64,000 bases of DNA from Thermoplasmata archaeon (GCA_035557795.1 DATMDM010000166.1:2735-66734), one strand, 5' to 3'. Shown: positions 36,999 to 46,844, counted from the first letter of the stretch. Numbers and translations: made by a program. Notes: generated from the sequence alone by a model not told the origin.

Positions 36999-37732
36999 CG
37001 GAGCCGACTCAGGGGCAAGGATCCGACGAAACCGGGGAGGCGGGAGAATCCCGCGAGTTCCTCAAGTACACGTTCTACCAGGTCCGACCCGAATGGCGGC
37101 TGCTCGACTCGGAGCGGAAGAAGAAACAGAAAGCGGAGTTCGCCTCGCTCCTCCATGATCTCGAGGAAGACATCACCCTCTGGTGCTACTCCCTTCAAGG
37201 GATCCGGGCCGACGTGGATTTCATGGTCTGGGCGATCGACCCGCACCTCGAGACGTTACGGGAAATGGCCCGTCGAGTCTCATCGACGGAACTCGGCCAT
37301 TACCTCGAGACGACGTATGCATATCTCGCCGCGAGCAAGCGGTCCCAATACACAGGCGGCCACACCCACAAAGGTCAGGACGGTCTCGCCATGAAATCGG
37401 AGCCGCACGGTAGCCGCTACCTCTTCGTCTATCCGTTCGTGAAGAAGCGGGAGTGGTACTCGATTCCCTTTGAACATCGGCAGGAGATCATGCGGGATCA
37501 CTTCCGCATCGGCCACAAGTATCCCGACGTCAAGATTCACACGGCCTATTCGTTCGGGCTCGACGATCATGAGTTCGTTTTGTCCTTCGAGGCTGACAAT
37601 CCACTCGACTTCCTCGACCTCGTGATGGACCTCCGCTCGAGCGAGGCGAGCAAGTACACGGAGCGGGAGACGCCGATCTTTACGTGCATCCTATCCACGC
37701 CGGAGCAGATGCTCGACGCCCTGGGGATTTGA
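36995..37732 (+). CDS. Chlorite dismutase family protein (HemQ/ChdC-like, putative coproheme decarboxylase), operon copy
   Basis: EWYSIPFEHRQEIMRDHFRIGHKYPDVKIHTAYSFGLDDHEFVLSFEADN fits the Cld/HemQ pattern. The ATG overlaps the hemB stop. Confidence 0.6.
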   Translation: MTEPTQGQGSDETGEAGESREFLKYTFYQVRPEWRLLDSERKKKQKAEFASLLHDLEEDITLWCYSLQGIRADVDFMVWAIDPHLETLREMARRVSSTELGHYLETTYAYLAASKRSQYTGGHTHKGQDGLAMKSEPHGSRYLFVYPFVKKREWYSIPFEHRQEIMRDHFRIGHKYPDVKIHTAYSFGLDDHEFVLSFEADNPLDFLDLVMDLRSSEASKYTERETPIFTCILSTPEQMLDALGI

Positions 37733-37733
37733 C

Positions 37734-39047
37734 ATGGGATTCACAGCCTCCGGGGCGCTGAGCGCGCCGGAGTCGGAGAAGCTTTTCGGGCGGGCCCAAG
37801 AGAGCCTCGTTGGCGGAGTCGACAGTCCGGTCCGTTCGTTTCGATCCGTCGGCGGAACCCCGCGGTTCGTTGTTCGCGGAAACGGCGTAACCCTATGGGA
37901 CGCAGACGGACGCCGGTATCTTGATTTTTGCATGTCGTGGGGCGCTCTTGTACTCGGTCACGCGAATCCCTCCGTCGTCCGCGCCGTCCGCAGTGCCGCG
38001 GGCCGCGGGATGAGCTTCGGGGCCGCGACGGAGTCGGAGGTCCGCCTGGCCGAAGAAGTGAAGCGACGGTTCCCGAGCATCGACCTGCTCCGCTTCGTCA
38101 ATTCGGGAACGGAGGCCACGATGTCCGCCGTCCGCGTGGCTCGCGGCTTCACGGGTCGCGACAAGATCGTCATGTTCGAGGGGGCATACCACGGACATGC
38201 GGACGCCTTGCTCGTGAAAGCCGGTTCCGGGCTGGCCGCCGCGAGTTTGCCGGGTTCCGCGGGCGTCCCCGACAACGCGGTGCGGGACACGTTGTTGGCG
38301 CAGTACAACGACCTCGCTTCCGTGGAGGGTCTCTTCCGCAGCTACGGGGATCAGATTGCGGCCGTCTTGGTCGAGCCCATCGCCGGGAACATGGGCGTTG
38401 TCCCGCCGGATCCCGATTTCCTCGAAGGCCTCCGCCGGATGACTCGGGAGTTCGGCAGCCTGCTCGTCTTCGATGAGGTCATCACGGGCTTTCGGGTTGC
38501 GCCGGGCGGTGCCCAAGAGAAGTACGGCGTCGCGGCGGACGTCACCTGTCTGGGGAAGATCCTCGGCCACGGCATGCCCCTCGGGGCCTACGGAGGGCGG
38601 CGGGACATCCTCGAGATGGTCGCCCCGCTCGGCCCGGTGTACCAGGCGGGGACCCTCGCCGGGAACCCGATGGCGATGGCGGCCGGCCAAGCGACCATGA
38701 GTCAGCTGCGCCCCAGCCTGTACGCGAGTTTGGAGAAGCGCAGCGCTCAACTCGAGACGGGGCTCCGGGATGCGGCCGACGACGCGGACATGGAGGTGCA
38801 GGTGCCGCGCGTCGGATCGATGATGGGCATCTTTTTCCGGCCCGAGCCCGTCCGGAACTACCGCGACGCGCAGGCGATGAACAAGACCACGTATGGGCGC
38901 TTCTTCTGGGCTCTGCTGAAGGGCGGTGTGTACTTTCCGCCCGCTCCGTTCGAGAGCTTCTTCCTATCCTCGTCGCACCGTAAGCCGGAGGTCGAGCGGA
39001 CGATTGAGGCGGCCGCGGCCGCGCTCCGGGAGGTCCGGAATTCTTGA
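37734..39047 (+). CDS. hemL: Glutamate-1-semialdehyde 2,1-aminomutase
   Basis: Class-III aminotransferase with the GSA-AM N-terminus (SPVRSFRSVGGTP) and PLP-Lys region. 437 aa. Confidence 0.85.
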   Translation: MGFTASGALSAPESEKLFGRAQESLVGGVDSPVRSFRSVGGTPRFVVRGNGVTLWDADGRRYLDFCMSWGALVLGHANPSVVRAVRSAAGRGMSFGAATESEVRLAEEVKRRFPSIDLLRFVNSGTEATMSAVRVARGFTGRDKIVMFEGAYHGHADALLVKAGSGLAAASLPGSAGVPDNAVRDTLLAQYNDLASVEGLFRSYGDQIAAVLVEPIAGNMGVVPPDPDFLEGLRRMTREFGSLLVFDEVITGFRVAPGGAQEKYGVAADVTCLGKILGHGMPLGAYGGRRDILEMVAPLGPVYQAGTLAGNPMAMAAGQATMSQLRPSLYASLEKRSAQLETGLRDAADDADMEVQVPRVGSMMGIFFRPEPVRNYRDAQAMNKTTYGRFFWALLKGGVYFPPAPFESFFLSSSHRKPEVERTIEAAAAALREVRNS

Positions 39048-40069
39048 ACGATCGTTTCCTGCGTGCGTGCTGGCGCGAGCCCGTGGACTGCACCCCGGTC
39101 TGGTTCATGCGTCAAGCCGGTCGGTCCTCCCCGGCCTACCGGGCGATCCGCGCGAAGCACGGTATCTTGCAAATCGCAAAGTCGCCGGACCTGGCCGCCG
39201 AGGTGACCCTCCAGCCCCTCCGGGAGCTCGGGGTGGACGCCGCGATCGTGTTCGCGGATCTCCTGTTGCCGGTCGAGGCGATGGGCATCCGGGTGCGGAT
39301 CGACGCCGGCGAGGGTCCGATCCTCGAGCCCCGCATTCGCACCTCCGAAGACGTCGACCGATTGAAGCGGCTCGATCCCGTGAGAGACATGCCGTTTGTC
39401 TTCGAGACGATTCGACGCGTACGAGCCATGGCGGCGGTCCCTTGCATCGGATTCGCCGGCGCGCCGTTTACCCTGGCGAGCTACCTGATCGAAGGCGGGT
39501 CCTCCCGGGATTTCCTCGCGACGAAGTCGTTCATGCATGCGCATCCTGCCGACTGGCGGCGGTTGATGAACTTCCTCGTCGATGGGATGGCCACGTACCT
39601 TCGGGCCCAGGTCGATGCCGGCGCCCAAGCCCTCCAACTGTTCGACAGCTGGGCCGGCGCGCTGAGCCCCCGCGAATATGATGAGAGTGTGTCTCCGTTC
39701 ACGCGCCGCCTCTTTCACGAAATCTGCGAGACGGGAGTCCCGTGCATCCATTTCGGCACGGGCACATCCGGATTTCTCGAATCCTTTGCCGCGGCGGGAG
39801 GGGACGTCGTTGGCGTGGACTGGCGGATTCCGATCGATACCGCTTGGCGGCGGATTGGCGAGGACCGGGGAATTCAAGGCAATCTGGATCCGGCCGCCCT
39901 CCTCGGCCCGGCGGACGTTTGGCGGCCGGCGGCCCAGGACGTGTTAGACCGGATCGGGAACCGTACCGGCCATGTGTTCAATCTGGGCCACGGAGTCTTG
40001 CCGGAGACGCATCAGGACGAGTTGCGAGCGCTCGTGGGGCTCGTCCACGAGTCGACTCGGCGGGGATGA
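39044..40069 (+). CDS. hemE: Uroporphyrinogen decarboxylase
   Basis: PVWFMRQAGR URO-D signature. 341 aa. Confidence 0.85.
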   Translation: MNDRFLRACWREPVDCTPVWFMRQAGRSSPAYRAIRAKHGILQIAKSPDLAAEVTLQPLRELGVDAAIVFADLLLPVEAMGIRVRIDAGEGPILEPRIRTSEDVDRLKRLDPVRDMPFVFETIRRVRAMAAVPCIGFAGAPFTLASYLIEGGSSRDFLATKSFMHAHPADWRRLMNFLVDGMATYLRAQVDAGAQALQLFDSWAGALSPREYDESVSPFTRRLFHEICETGVPCIHFGTGTSGFLESFAAAGGDVVGVDWRIPIDTAWRRIGEDRGIQGNLDPAALLGPADVWRPAAQDVLDRIGNRTGHVFNLGHGVLPETHQDELRALVGLVHESTRRG

Positions 40070-40079
40070 GGAGGCCGTC

Positions 40080-41063
40080 ATGTCGAGAATTTCCGAGGAC
40101 GAACGGACGGCCGTCCTGTTGACGGCCGTAGGGGGACCCAACTCGCTCGATGAGGTCGGTCCGTTCCTTCTCGACGTGCGCGGGGGACGGCCGACGAGCG
40201 AAGAACTCATTGATGAATTCCGCGAGCGGTACCGCCGAATCGGCGGGAAATCACCGCTCCTGGACATTTCGCGGGCCCAGGCCAACGCTCTTGAAGACCG
40301 CCTGAACGGCGACGACCGGGCAACTTACCGGTGCTACGTCGGCATGAGGAACTGGCGACCATACATCCGGGATGTGATCACGGAAGTCGTCGCGGACGGC
40401 GTGGACCGGCTTGTCGTCCTGCCGCTGACGCCGTACTACTCCCGTAGGAGCGTGGGGGCCTATTTCGCCGCCGCCGACGCCGCGCTTTCGACGGTCGCCC
40501 GGCGGCCAGATGTGGCATATGTCGAGAGTTGGAACACGGAGCCTGCGCTAATCGGCATGTTCGCGGCGAAGGTCCGGGAGGGTCTCGAGCTCCTCGCACA
40601 GAGGAGTTTCCACGCCCCAATCGTCGTGTTCACCGCCCACAGCCTCCCAAAGAAACTCATCGACGGAGGGGACCCGTATGAACGGGAACTGTCCGAGACG
40701 ATGGCCCTCGTGCTCCGTCGACTGCCGTCTTTCCGGGCTCGGATGGCGTGGCAGAGTGCGGGCCGAACTGACGAGGCATGGCTCGGACCTCCGCTTGAGG
40801 AAGTCTTGGAGGAGATCGGAAAGACCGGTGAGAAGGCCGTGCTCGTGGTTCCGTTCGGATTCGTCTCGGACCATTTAGAAATCCTGTACGATGTGGACAT
40901 CGAGGCTCGGGCATTCGCTTCGGAGAGAGGTCTTCAACTCGAACGCACGGACTCGCCGAACACGGACCCGGGTTTCATCGACGCGATGGCTGCCGCGGTG
41001 CGGTCCGCCGGCCGTCCTTCCTCGAGGTCGCGTTCTGGCGAATCGCCAGCGCCGGTGCTTTAA
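40080..41063 (+). CDS. hemH: Ferrochelatase (HemH/CpfC type)
   Basis: Ferrochelatase fold motifs (LLTAVGGP, FTAHSLP, PFGFVSDHLE). Starts at internal M37 of the listed ORF. Confidence 0.8.
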   Translation: MSRISEDERTAVLLTAVGGPNSLDEVGPFLLDVRGGRPTSEELIDEFRERYRRIGGKSPLLDISRAQANALEDRLNGDDRATYRCYVGMRNWRPYIRDVITEVVADGVDRLVVLPLTPYYSRRSVGAYFAAADAALSTVARRPDVAYVESWNTEPALIGMFAAKVREGLELLAQRSFHAPIVVFTAHSLPKKLIDGGDPYERELSETMALVLRRLPSFRARMAWQSAGRTDEAWLGPPLEEVLEEIGKTGEKAVLVVPFGFVSDHLEILYDVDIEARAFASERGLQLERTDSPNTDPGFIDAMAAAVRSAGRPSSRSRSGESPAPVL

Positions 41064-41180
41064 GGCTCGGCTCCATGTGGCGGGGTCGGGGCGAGACGGG
41101 CGGACGCACCCAAGCCGAAGGCACACGGGCTCCCGAAGAATCGTCTCGAGACCCTAATCGACGGAGTCTTCGCCATCGCA

Positions 41181-41741
41181 ATGACGATCCTCGTCTTGGA
41201 GCTCCGCGCTCCCGCGACGCTCGGACCGCAGGGCTTGGCGGGAGGTCTGGTCGGGCTGTGGTCTCGGTTCGCGACATTCTTCATCAGTTTCATCGTCCTA
41301 GGGGTCTATTGGTTCGCGAACCACCAGGTGTTCCACTTCGTGTTGCGCGTGAACCGCACCCTGGTGTGGCTGAACGTTCTGTTCCTCATGGGCATCGCCC
41401 TCATCCCGTTCGCCGCCTCCCTGATGGGCACATATCCCCAAGACCCGATTGCCTTGAGCCTCTACGGCGCAGTCCTGGGTCTGCTGGCTGCCCTCGGCTA
41501 TGTGATTTGGTGGTACCTGACCGGAGACCGGGGCCTGATTGAACCGGGCCTCGACCCGGAGCTGGTCCACAAGGTGCGCGTCTGGCTCGCGATCGGCCCC
41601 GTGATCACCCCGGTGGCCATCGCGGTCTCCTTCGTGAACACGACGGTCGCCTTGCTCATCTACCTGGCCCTCCCGGTGGTTTTCATTTTCTTCAATCCCG
41701 TGAGCCGATACCTCGAGCGTCTCCGCGAGACGGAGCCTTGA
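41181..41741 (+). CDS. TMEM175/DUF1211-family membrane protein (putative K+ channel); N-terminus unresolved
   Basis: The conserved first-helix motif RLETLIDGVFAIAMTILVLEL is encoded in frame just upstream (41142..41180), but there is no ATG, GTG or TTG after the stop at 41061. An ATG at 41075 lies in another frame. Confidence 0.5.
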   Translation: MTILVLELRAPATLGPQGLAGGLVGLWSRFATFFISFIVLGVYWFANHQVFHFVLRVNRTLVWLNVLFLMGIALIPFAASLMGTYPQDPIALSLYGAVLGLLAALGYVIWWYLTGDRGLIEPGLDPELVHKVRVWLAIGPVITPVAIAVSFVNTTVALLIYLALPVVFIFFNPVSRYLERLRETEP

Positions 41742-41817
41742 GGCATCGGCCGTTTGATTGAATCCGGATCCAATCGATGCGGTTTTGGATTTCGGATGTC
41801 CAGTCGTCGGTGGGTTG

Positions 41818-42774
41818 TCAGAGGGAGATGGACTTGCCGATTCCCCGGTCGCGTGCGCGCTCGTACACAAGCGCAGCCGCCGCGACATCCTCAATCGCGA
41901 TCCCGTGAGATTTGAACAACGTGATGTCCTCGGCGTTCGTCCGCCCCTGGATTTTTCCCGCGACGACTTCGCTGATTTCGTGGACGCGGTCCCACGTGAT
42001 CAGCCCGCGTTTCATCGGCTCGACGAGGTCGCCGCTCTCCTCTTTGGCCTGTTCAATCGAATCGGTTGCCACGAACGCACATCGACGGACCGCGGCGTCA
42101 TCGAGCTCGCGAGTCTCGAGTCGGTTCGCTCCGATGGCGTTGATGTGACATCCCGCGCGCAGCCAATCTCCGTGGATGACCGGTTGAGGCGCGTTCGTCG
42201 CCGCGATGACAACGTCGGCGTCACGGATCGCCTCTTCGGCCGACCTCGCCCCTTCGACATTCACCCCGAGGACGGAGGACATCTTCTCCGCGAAAGCTTC
42301 GCGATGTGCCCGGTCCCGTCCGGAGCAGCGGATTCGCTGGATGGAGCGGACCGCGCAGACCGCCTCCAGCTGGCTCTCGGCCTGCCATCCCGTACCGACG
42401 ATGCCGACAGTCGATGCATCGGATCGCGCGAGATACCTCGTCGCGACTCCGGAGGCTGCTCCAGTGCGCCGCTGTCCAAGTCGGTCGGCCTGAATCACGG
42501 CGACAAGCTCGCCGGTCGCCAGGTCGAACAGGTGGACCCAAAAGCGAATTCCCGCGCGAGACGCCGTGTAATACTTGAACCCGGCATAGCCCCGCCCCGG
42601 CCAAGACGCGAGCATCACGTTGACCGCGGTCTCTGCTGTTCCGACTCGCTGCCGCGGGCGGTTCGTTGCCTCGCCTCTCCCCAAAGCCCGGAATCCTTCC
42701 TCGACCACCTTCAACGCATCGTCCATCCGGAGGAGGCCATCGACGTCCTGTTCCGCCAGGAGCAACGCAGTCAT
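41818..42774 (-). CDS. Ornithine cyclodeaminase/mu-crystallin family protein
   Basis: 318 aa. GIVGTGWQA Rossmann motif and OCD-family layout. Confidence 0.75.
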   Translation of the reverse strand: MTALLLAEQDVDGLLRMDDALKVVEEGFRALGRGEATNRPRQRVGTAETAVNVMLASWPGRGYAGFKYYTASRAGIRFWVHLFDLATGELVAVIQADRLGQRRTGAASGVATRYLARSDASTVGIVGTGWQAESQLEAVCAVRSIQRIRCSGRDRAHREAFAEKMSSVLGVNVEGARSAEEAIRDADVVIAATNAPQPVIHGDWLRAGCHINAIGANRLETRELDDAAVRRCAFVATDSIEQAKEESGDLVEPMKRGLITWDRVHEISEVVAGKIQGRTNAEDITLFKSHGIAIEDVAAAALVYERARDRGIGKSISL

Positions 42775-42873
42775 CCAACGCCTCGTATCCGGAAGACACT
42801 TATTTCATTACTTGGGCGCTCACTCGCCACGGCGCCGGAAGTTTGCGCAACCGATGGGCCGGCCCACTCTGGC

Positions 42874-44340
42874 TTAGGAGATTCTTACCTTTGCGAAACG
42901 GAGTAAGTCGGCCACCGAGAACTCGCCATCCCGAGGCGCGCCGAATTCCCCGCCCTTCGGCTGCCACATCGGCTGGACGCTCAAGAACGACGACGGATCT
43001 CCTCGGATGAGGCCGATGATGACCTCCGCGACGATGCGGCCACCGACCGGGCCCAGTTTCTTCCCGTGGCTCAGGGCCTCCGCCTCCTTGAGGACGTAGA
43101 AGAACAGTGGGGTGTCCTTTCCGAACGCTTTGATCAGGTCCGGGGGAAGCGGCTTCAAGTCGTCTCCGCGCAAGATGAGGTCGTCCGGGATCCCCATCGC
43201 GCGGGCGACCGATTGGCCGGAAGGGAGGCCGAGCGCTTTGCCGCGCTTCAGATCCCGCTCCGCGAGCGCGGCGATTCCCTTCGCCACGCTCTCCGGAAGT
43301 TCGCTGAGGCCGAACGCGAGCTTCGTGTCAATCCGGCGCGAGGGTTGGACGTCGAGGTTCGCTCCGGAGAACTCAAAGAATCGCGCCCATTGGATCACGT
43401 GTCCCTCGGGCAGCTCGCGGAACCCCCGAAGGTCGGGCTCCGGAGGCTTTGCGAAAATCGGGACGTCCTGCACCTCGGCGTTCAGTTCGTACTCGCCCCG
43501 GACCATGCTGTGCCCGAAGCGATACGCGGCGATGGAGAACTCGACGGGCATGAAGGGGCGGTGCTTCCAGGCGAAGAACTTCAGGACGACCTTGACGGTC
43601 TTCACGGTCTTCTTTCCGCGGTCCGTGGGAACGGTGAATGCATCGGGCTGGAGCACGTCGCGGATGACTTCGTCCCCGACCAGCCGCCTCAGGAAGTCGT
43701 GGACGACAGTCCACTGAAAATGCCATCGGACGATCCGCCGGGCCTCGTCGAATCGCTCCCGCGCGGGCGTCTCGGCCAAGGCGTCGACCACTTGGTTGTG
43801 ATACTTCAAGAACCCGAGCGCTAGCTGCGAGACAATCAGGTTCTCGTCGTTCCTCGGATCGCCGAGGAGTGCCCGCCCGTTCGTGTTCCGGGGCAGGTCG
43901 TCGTCTCCCTCGGCGTTGCGGCCGATGAGGAGATGGACGCCGTCCCGATCGTACACGAAGGGGACATCGTCGGGACCGCGTCCGTACACGGAATCGAGAT
44001 CGAGCCGCGGCGTCCGAAAATCCGTCAGTGCGTCCGGGTCGTTGTCGCGCTGCAGCTGCGACGTCGGGTCGAAGGTGAGGTCGTGGTCCACAAACTGGCC
44101 GAAATAGGTGAACCCCGCCGGAATGTCCGGATTGTCTCCGCTCGCATCCTCCACCCCCGGTTTCGGCTCCGGCTCGACCATCTGCTTCGCGAGCTTGCGG
44201 AGGGCCGCATCCGGTGGAAGGGAAGGCGACAGGTTGCGGAACATCCGCCCGAAGCGACCCTCGAACATCGCGGACCGCACGACGATGCTGAGACCGCGCT
44301 GTTCGGTTCCGTGGAAGTTCTGTTTGGTCACCGAATTCAC
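42874..44340 (-). CDS. Animal-type heme peroxidase (peroxidase-cyclooxygenase superfamily)
   Basis: Distal-His motif GFTYFGQFVDHDLTF and LGDPRNDENLIVSQLALGFLKYHN region characteristic of An_peroxidase domains. 488 aa. Confidence 0.6.
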   Translation of the reverse strand: MNSVTKQNFHGTEQRGLSIVVRSAMFEGRFGRMFRNLSPSLPPDAALRKLAKQMVEPEPKPGVEDASGDNPDIPAGFTYFGQFVDHDLTFDPTSQLQRDNDPDALTDFRTPRLDLDSVYGRGPDDVPFVYDRDGVHLLIGRNAEGDDDLPRNTNGRALLGDPRNDENLIVSQLALGFLKYHNQVVDALAETPARERFDEARRIVRWHFQWTVVHDFLRRLVGDEVIRDVLQPDAFTVPTDRGKKTVKTVKVVLKFFAWKHRPFMPVEFSIAAYRFGHSMVRGEYELNAEVQDVPIFAKPPEPDLRGFRELPEGHVIQWARFFEFSGANLDVQPSRRIDTKLAFGLSELPESVAKGIAALAERDLKRGKALGLPSGQSVARAMGIPDDLILRGDDLKPLPPDLIKAFGKDTPLFFYVLKEAEALSHGKKLGPVGGRIVAEVIIGLIRGDPSSFLSVQPMWQPKGGEFGAPRDGEFSVADLLRFAKVRIS

Positions 44341-44552
44341 CTGCGAGAGAGGGGCGTGATGCTAGTTCCGCGGTGGTGGGGCAAGGACTGGCGTGCTGTT
44401 CGAGGAGAAGCCGATCCAGAGAGGTGCGACGAGCGAGTCGGTCGCCCGTGGGGATGCGCCTCGTACGGCGACGGTCTGAGGGGACATCGCGGCCGTATCC
44501 AGCAACGCCTATTTGATGGCTTTTGACAACCAATCGTCCCGCGGCGGGACTC

Positions 44553-45125
44553 TTACGGCGAAAGTCGTTCGGTCGCACGCCAGCGCACATCGGGTGTCGA
44601 ATTCGGCCTTCGCACGATCGAGGCCGTCACGAACATCGCGCCGCCGAATTCTCGCTCGTCGAGGATCTTGATACGTCTCGGAAGGAACCGGTAGAAGGCG
44701 TAGGATCGGAGGAGTGCGGCTTGCCGACGCTCGGCGAGGCTCAGCCCCTTCATCCACTTCCCGTACGGCGAGAATCTCGCCCCGTACGCGCGTTCCGCTT
44801 CCCTCGCCCCGCGTCCGTGGGTTCGTCGACAGCGGCCGAACAGCTGGAGTCCTCGATCCGGACCTCCCCATTCTTGAGTCGATCGGAAAATCGTCATCGC
44901 CAGGGATGGGTTTTGTTCGAGATTCCGACCATGCCGCGACTCGGGGTCGGAGAGGAAATACAACTCGAGGTCGGGCGTGCAGCAGAAGTACGCCGTGTTG
45001 ATGTGCGCTCGACCGTCCGGCGCGACCGTCGACATCGAACAGAGCACATTTTCCCGAAGGATCCGGAAGATGCTCCGTCGAATCCGGTCGGCCGAGAAAC
45101 GCTTGTCGATGGGTTGGACCGTCAT
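44553..45125 (-). CDS. Pyridoxamine 5'-phosphate oxidase-like FMN-binding protein
   Basis: Only the C-terminal 190 aa of the listed 366-aa ORF (from MTVQPIDKRF) looks protein-like, with a PNPOx split-barrel pattern. The upstream part is GC junk. Confidence 0.55.
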   Translation of the reverse strand: MTVQPIDKRFSADRIRRSIFRILRENVLCSMSTVAPDGRAHINTAYFCCTPDLELYFLSDPESRHGRNLEQNPSLAMTIFRSTQEWGGPDRGLQLFGRCRRTHGRGAREAERAYGARFSPYGKWMKGLSLAERRQAALLRSYAFYRFLPRRIKILDEREFGGAMFVTASIVRRPNSTPDVRWRATERLSP

Positions 45126-46768
45126 CGGCCCTCCCCGTGCCGGAGGACCTGCCCGGACAAAGCGCCCGTCGGCCGGCCCATTTCCACCGCGACGGTCCCG
45201 TTCACCAGGACCCAGTCGATTCCCTCCGGGTATTGATGAGGATAGTTCTCGAACGGATAGGTATGGGGCCACCGGTTCGTCGCGCGGTCCCGAACACGCG
45301 TCAAGTCGAAGACGACGAGATCGGCCCAGAACCCGGGTCGAACGAGGCCGCGGTCCCCGAGTCCAAGCCGCGAGGCCGGCAAGGCCGTCATCTTGCGAAT
45401 GGCCTCTTCGAGCCGAAGCACGCTCTCGTTCACGACGAACCGCTCGATGACGCCGGGGAACTCGCCGTACGTGCACGGCTGGTAGGGCGCGGTGGGCGAG
45501 GTGCGCTCCTCCTTCGGCGCGACCCAGCCGTCGGAACAAATCATCACGAGAGGATGCCGCAAGGTCGACTTGATTTCCTCCGGGTCCATGTAGTCGAACA
45601 GGCCCACCGCCCGGTCTCGCTCCTCGACGATCATGTCGAAGTATGCGGTCCACGGATCAACGCGGCGCTGCTTCGCAAGCTGTGCGATTGTCTTTCCTTC
45701 CTTCGAAGAATCTTCCGGGCAACGTAAGAGCCAGATTCGATCGAATTGTTCGTGAACCAGCAACCCGACGTATCCGGCGCCGGGACGCTTGTCCGCTTGA
45801 ATTTCCGCTTTCAACGCCTCCCGTTTCGCGGGTTGCCGCAGCAATCCGAGGAGTTCGTCCGTCGGGAGCTTCTGGGTCCACTGCGGAAGCGCGTGACTCA
45901 GGGGAGGCCCGAAGTCCGTGTGCACGTCGTTGTCCGCGAGGACGTCCACGCCGCGCGCCCGGGCGGCCTCCCACAGCGCCTGGATTTCCTTCGCCTTCCC
46001 GATGCCGCCGTACTTCGGATTGTTGTGACTGATCTGGACCGGACAGCCGGCCTGCTCGCCGATCTCGATGCATTCCCGGACCGCGTCGACAATCGTCTCC
46101 CGCTCGCCCCGGATGTGAGACGCGTAGAAGCCGTGATGACGCGCGACGACTTTGGCGAGCACGACAATCTCCTCCATCGCCGCGAAGCATCCCGGGGGGT
46201 AGACAAGGCCGGTGCTCATCCCGAAGGCGCCCGCGCGCATCGCCTCATCGACATGATTCTTCATCGTGCGCGTTTCTTCCGGAGTCGGTGGTCTCTCCTC
46301 GAAGCCCATCGTCGCGAGCCGCACGCTCCCGTGGCCGACGAGGCCCGCGATGTTGATGCCGACACCATGGTGGGCCATGAAATCGAGGTATCCCCCGTAC
46401 GTCGACCAATTCCAATCTTTCGCCTGCGCGTAGTACTCGAACCGCCGGACCGCGAGCTCGCGGTATCGCTCACCGATCGGCGCAGGCGAGTCGCCGCAGT
46501 TCCCGATCACATGGGTCGTCACGCCTTGGCGGACCGCGCACTCCGCCGTGGGCTCGACGAGGATTCCGATATCGCTGTGCGTGTGGATGTCGATGAAGCC
46601 GGGGGCGACAAAGGTCCCCGAGGCATCGATTGCGCGGTCGCATTTCGCACGCCCGAGGGGGCCCACGCGTGAGATCTTCCCTCTGCGGATTCCGATATCC
46701 GCGACGCGCCACGCGGAGCCCGTTCCGTCGAGGACGCGCCCTCCCCGGATGACGATGTCAAACGCCAT
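45122..46768 (-). CDS. N-acyl-D-amino-acid deacylase (D-aminoacylase) family amidohydrolase
   Basis: IDIHTHSD metal-binding motif, HVIGNCG, and the composite fold. 548 aa. Confidence 0.75.
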   Translation of the reverse strand: MAFDIVIRGGRVLDGTGSAWRVADIGIRRGKISRVGPLGRAKCDRAIDASGTFVAPGFIDIHTHSDIGILVEPTAECAVRQGVTTHVIGNCGDSPAPIGERYRELAVRRFEYYAQAKDWNWSTYGGYLDFMAHHGVGINIAGLVGHGSVRLATMGFEERPPTPEETRTMKNHVDEAMRAGAFGMSTGLVYPPGCFAAMEEIVVLAKVVARHHGFYASHIRGERETIVDAVRECIEIGEQAGCPVQISHNNPKYGGIGKAKEIQALWEAARARGVDVLADNDVHTDFGPPLSHALPQWTQKLPTDELLGLLRQPAKREALKAEIQADKRPGAGYVGLLVHEQFDRIWLLRCPEDSSKEGKTIAQLAKQRRVDPWTAYFDMIVEERDRAVGLFDYMDPEEIKSTLRHPLVMICSDGWVAPKEERTSPTAPYQPCTYGEFPGVIERFVVNESVLRLEEAIRKMTALPASRLGLGDRGLVRPGFWADLVVFDLTRVRDRATNRWPHTYPFENYPHQYPEGIDWVLVNGTVAVEMGRPTGALSGQVLRHGEGR

Positions 46769-46844
46769 CCCGTGGAGAACGCCCGCGTGCCTTTAACCTC
46801 GTTCGCCGAGACCATGGGGGCGGAGCGTTCTCATGGCGAGAATC

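Noticed and set aside
44523-45236. 237-aa plus-strand ORF
   Set aside because: The opposite strand encodes a recognisable PNPOx-like FMN-binding domain. The plus ORF is low-complexity.
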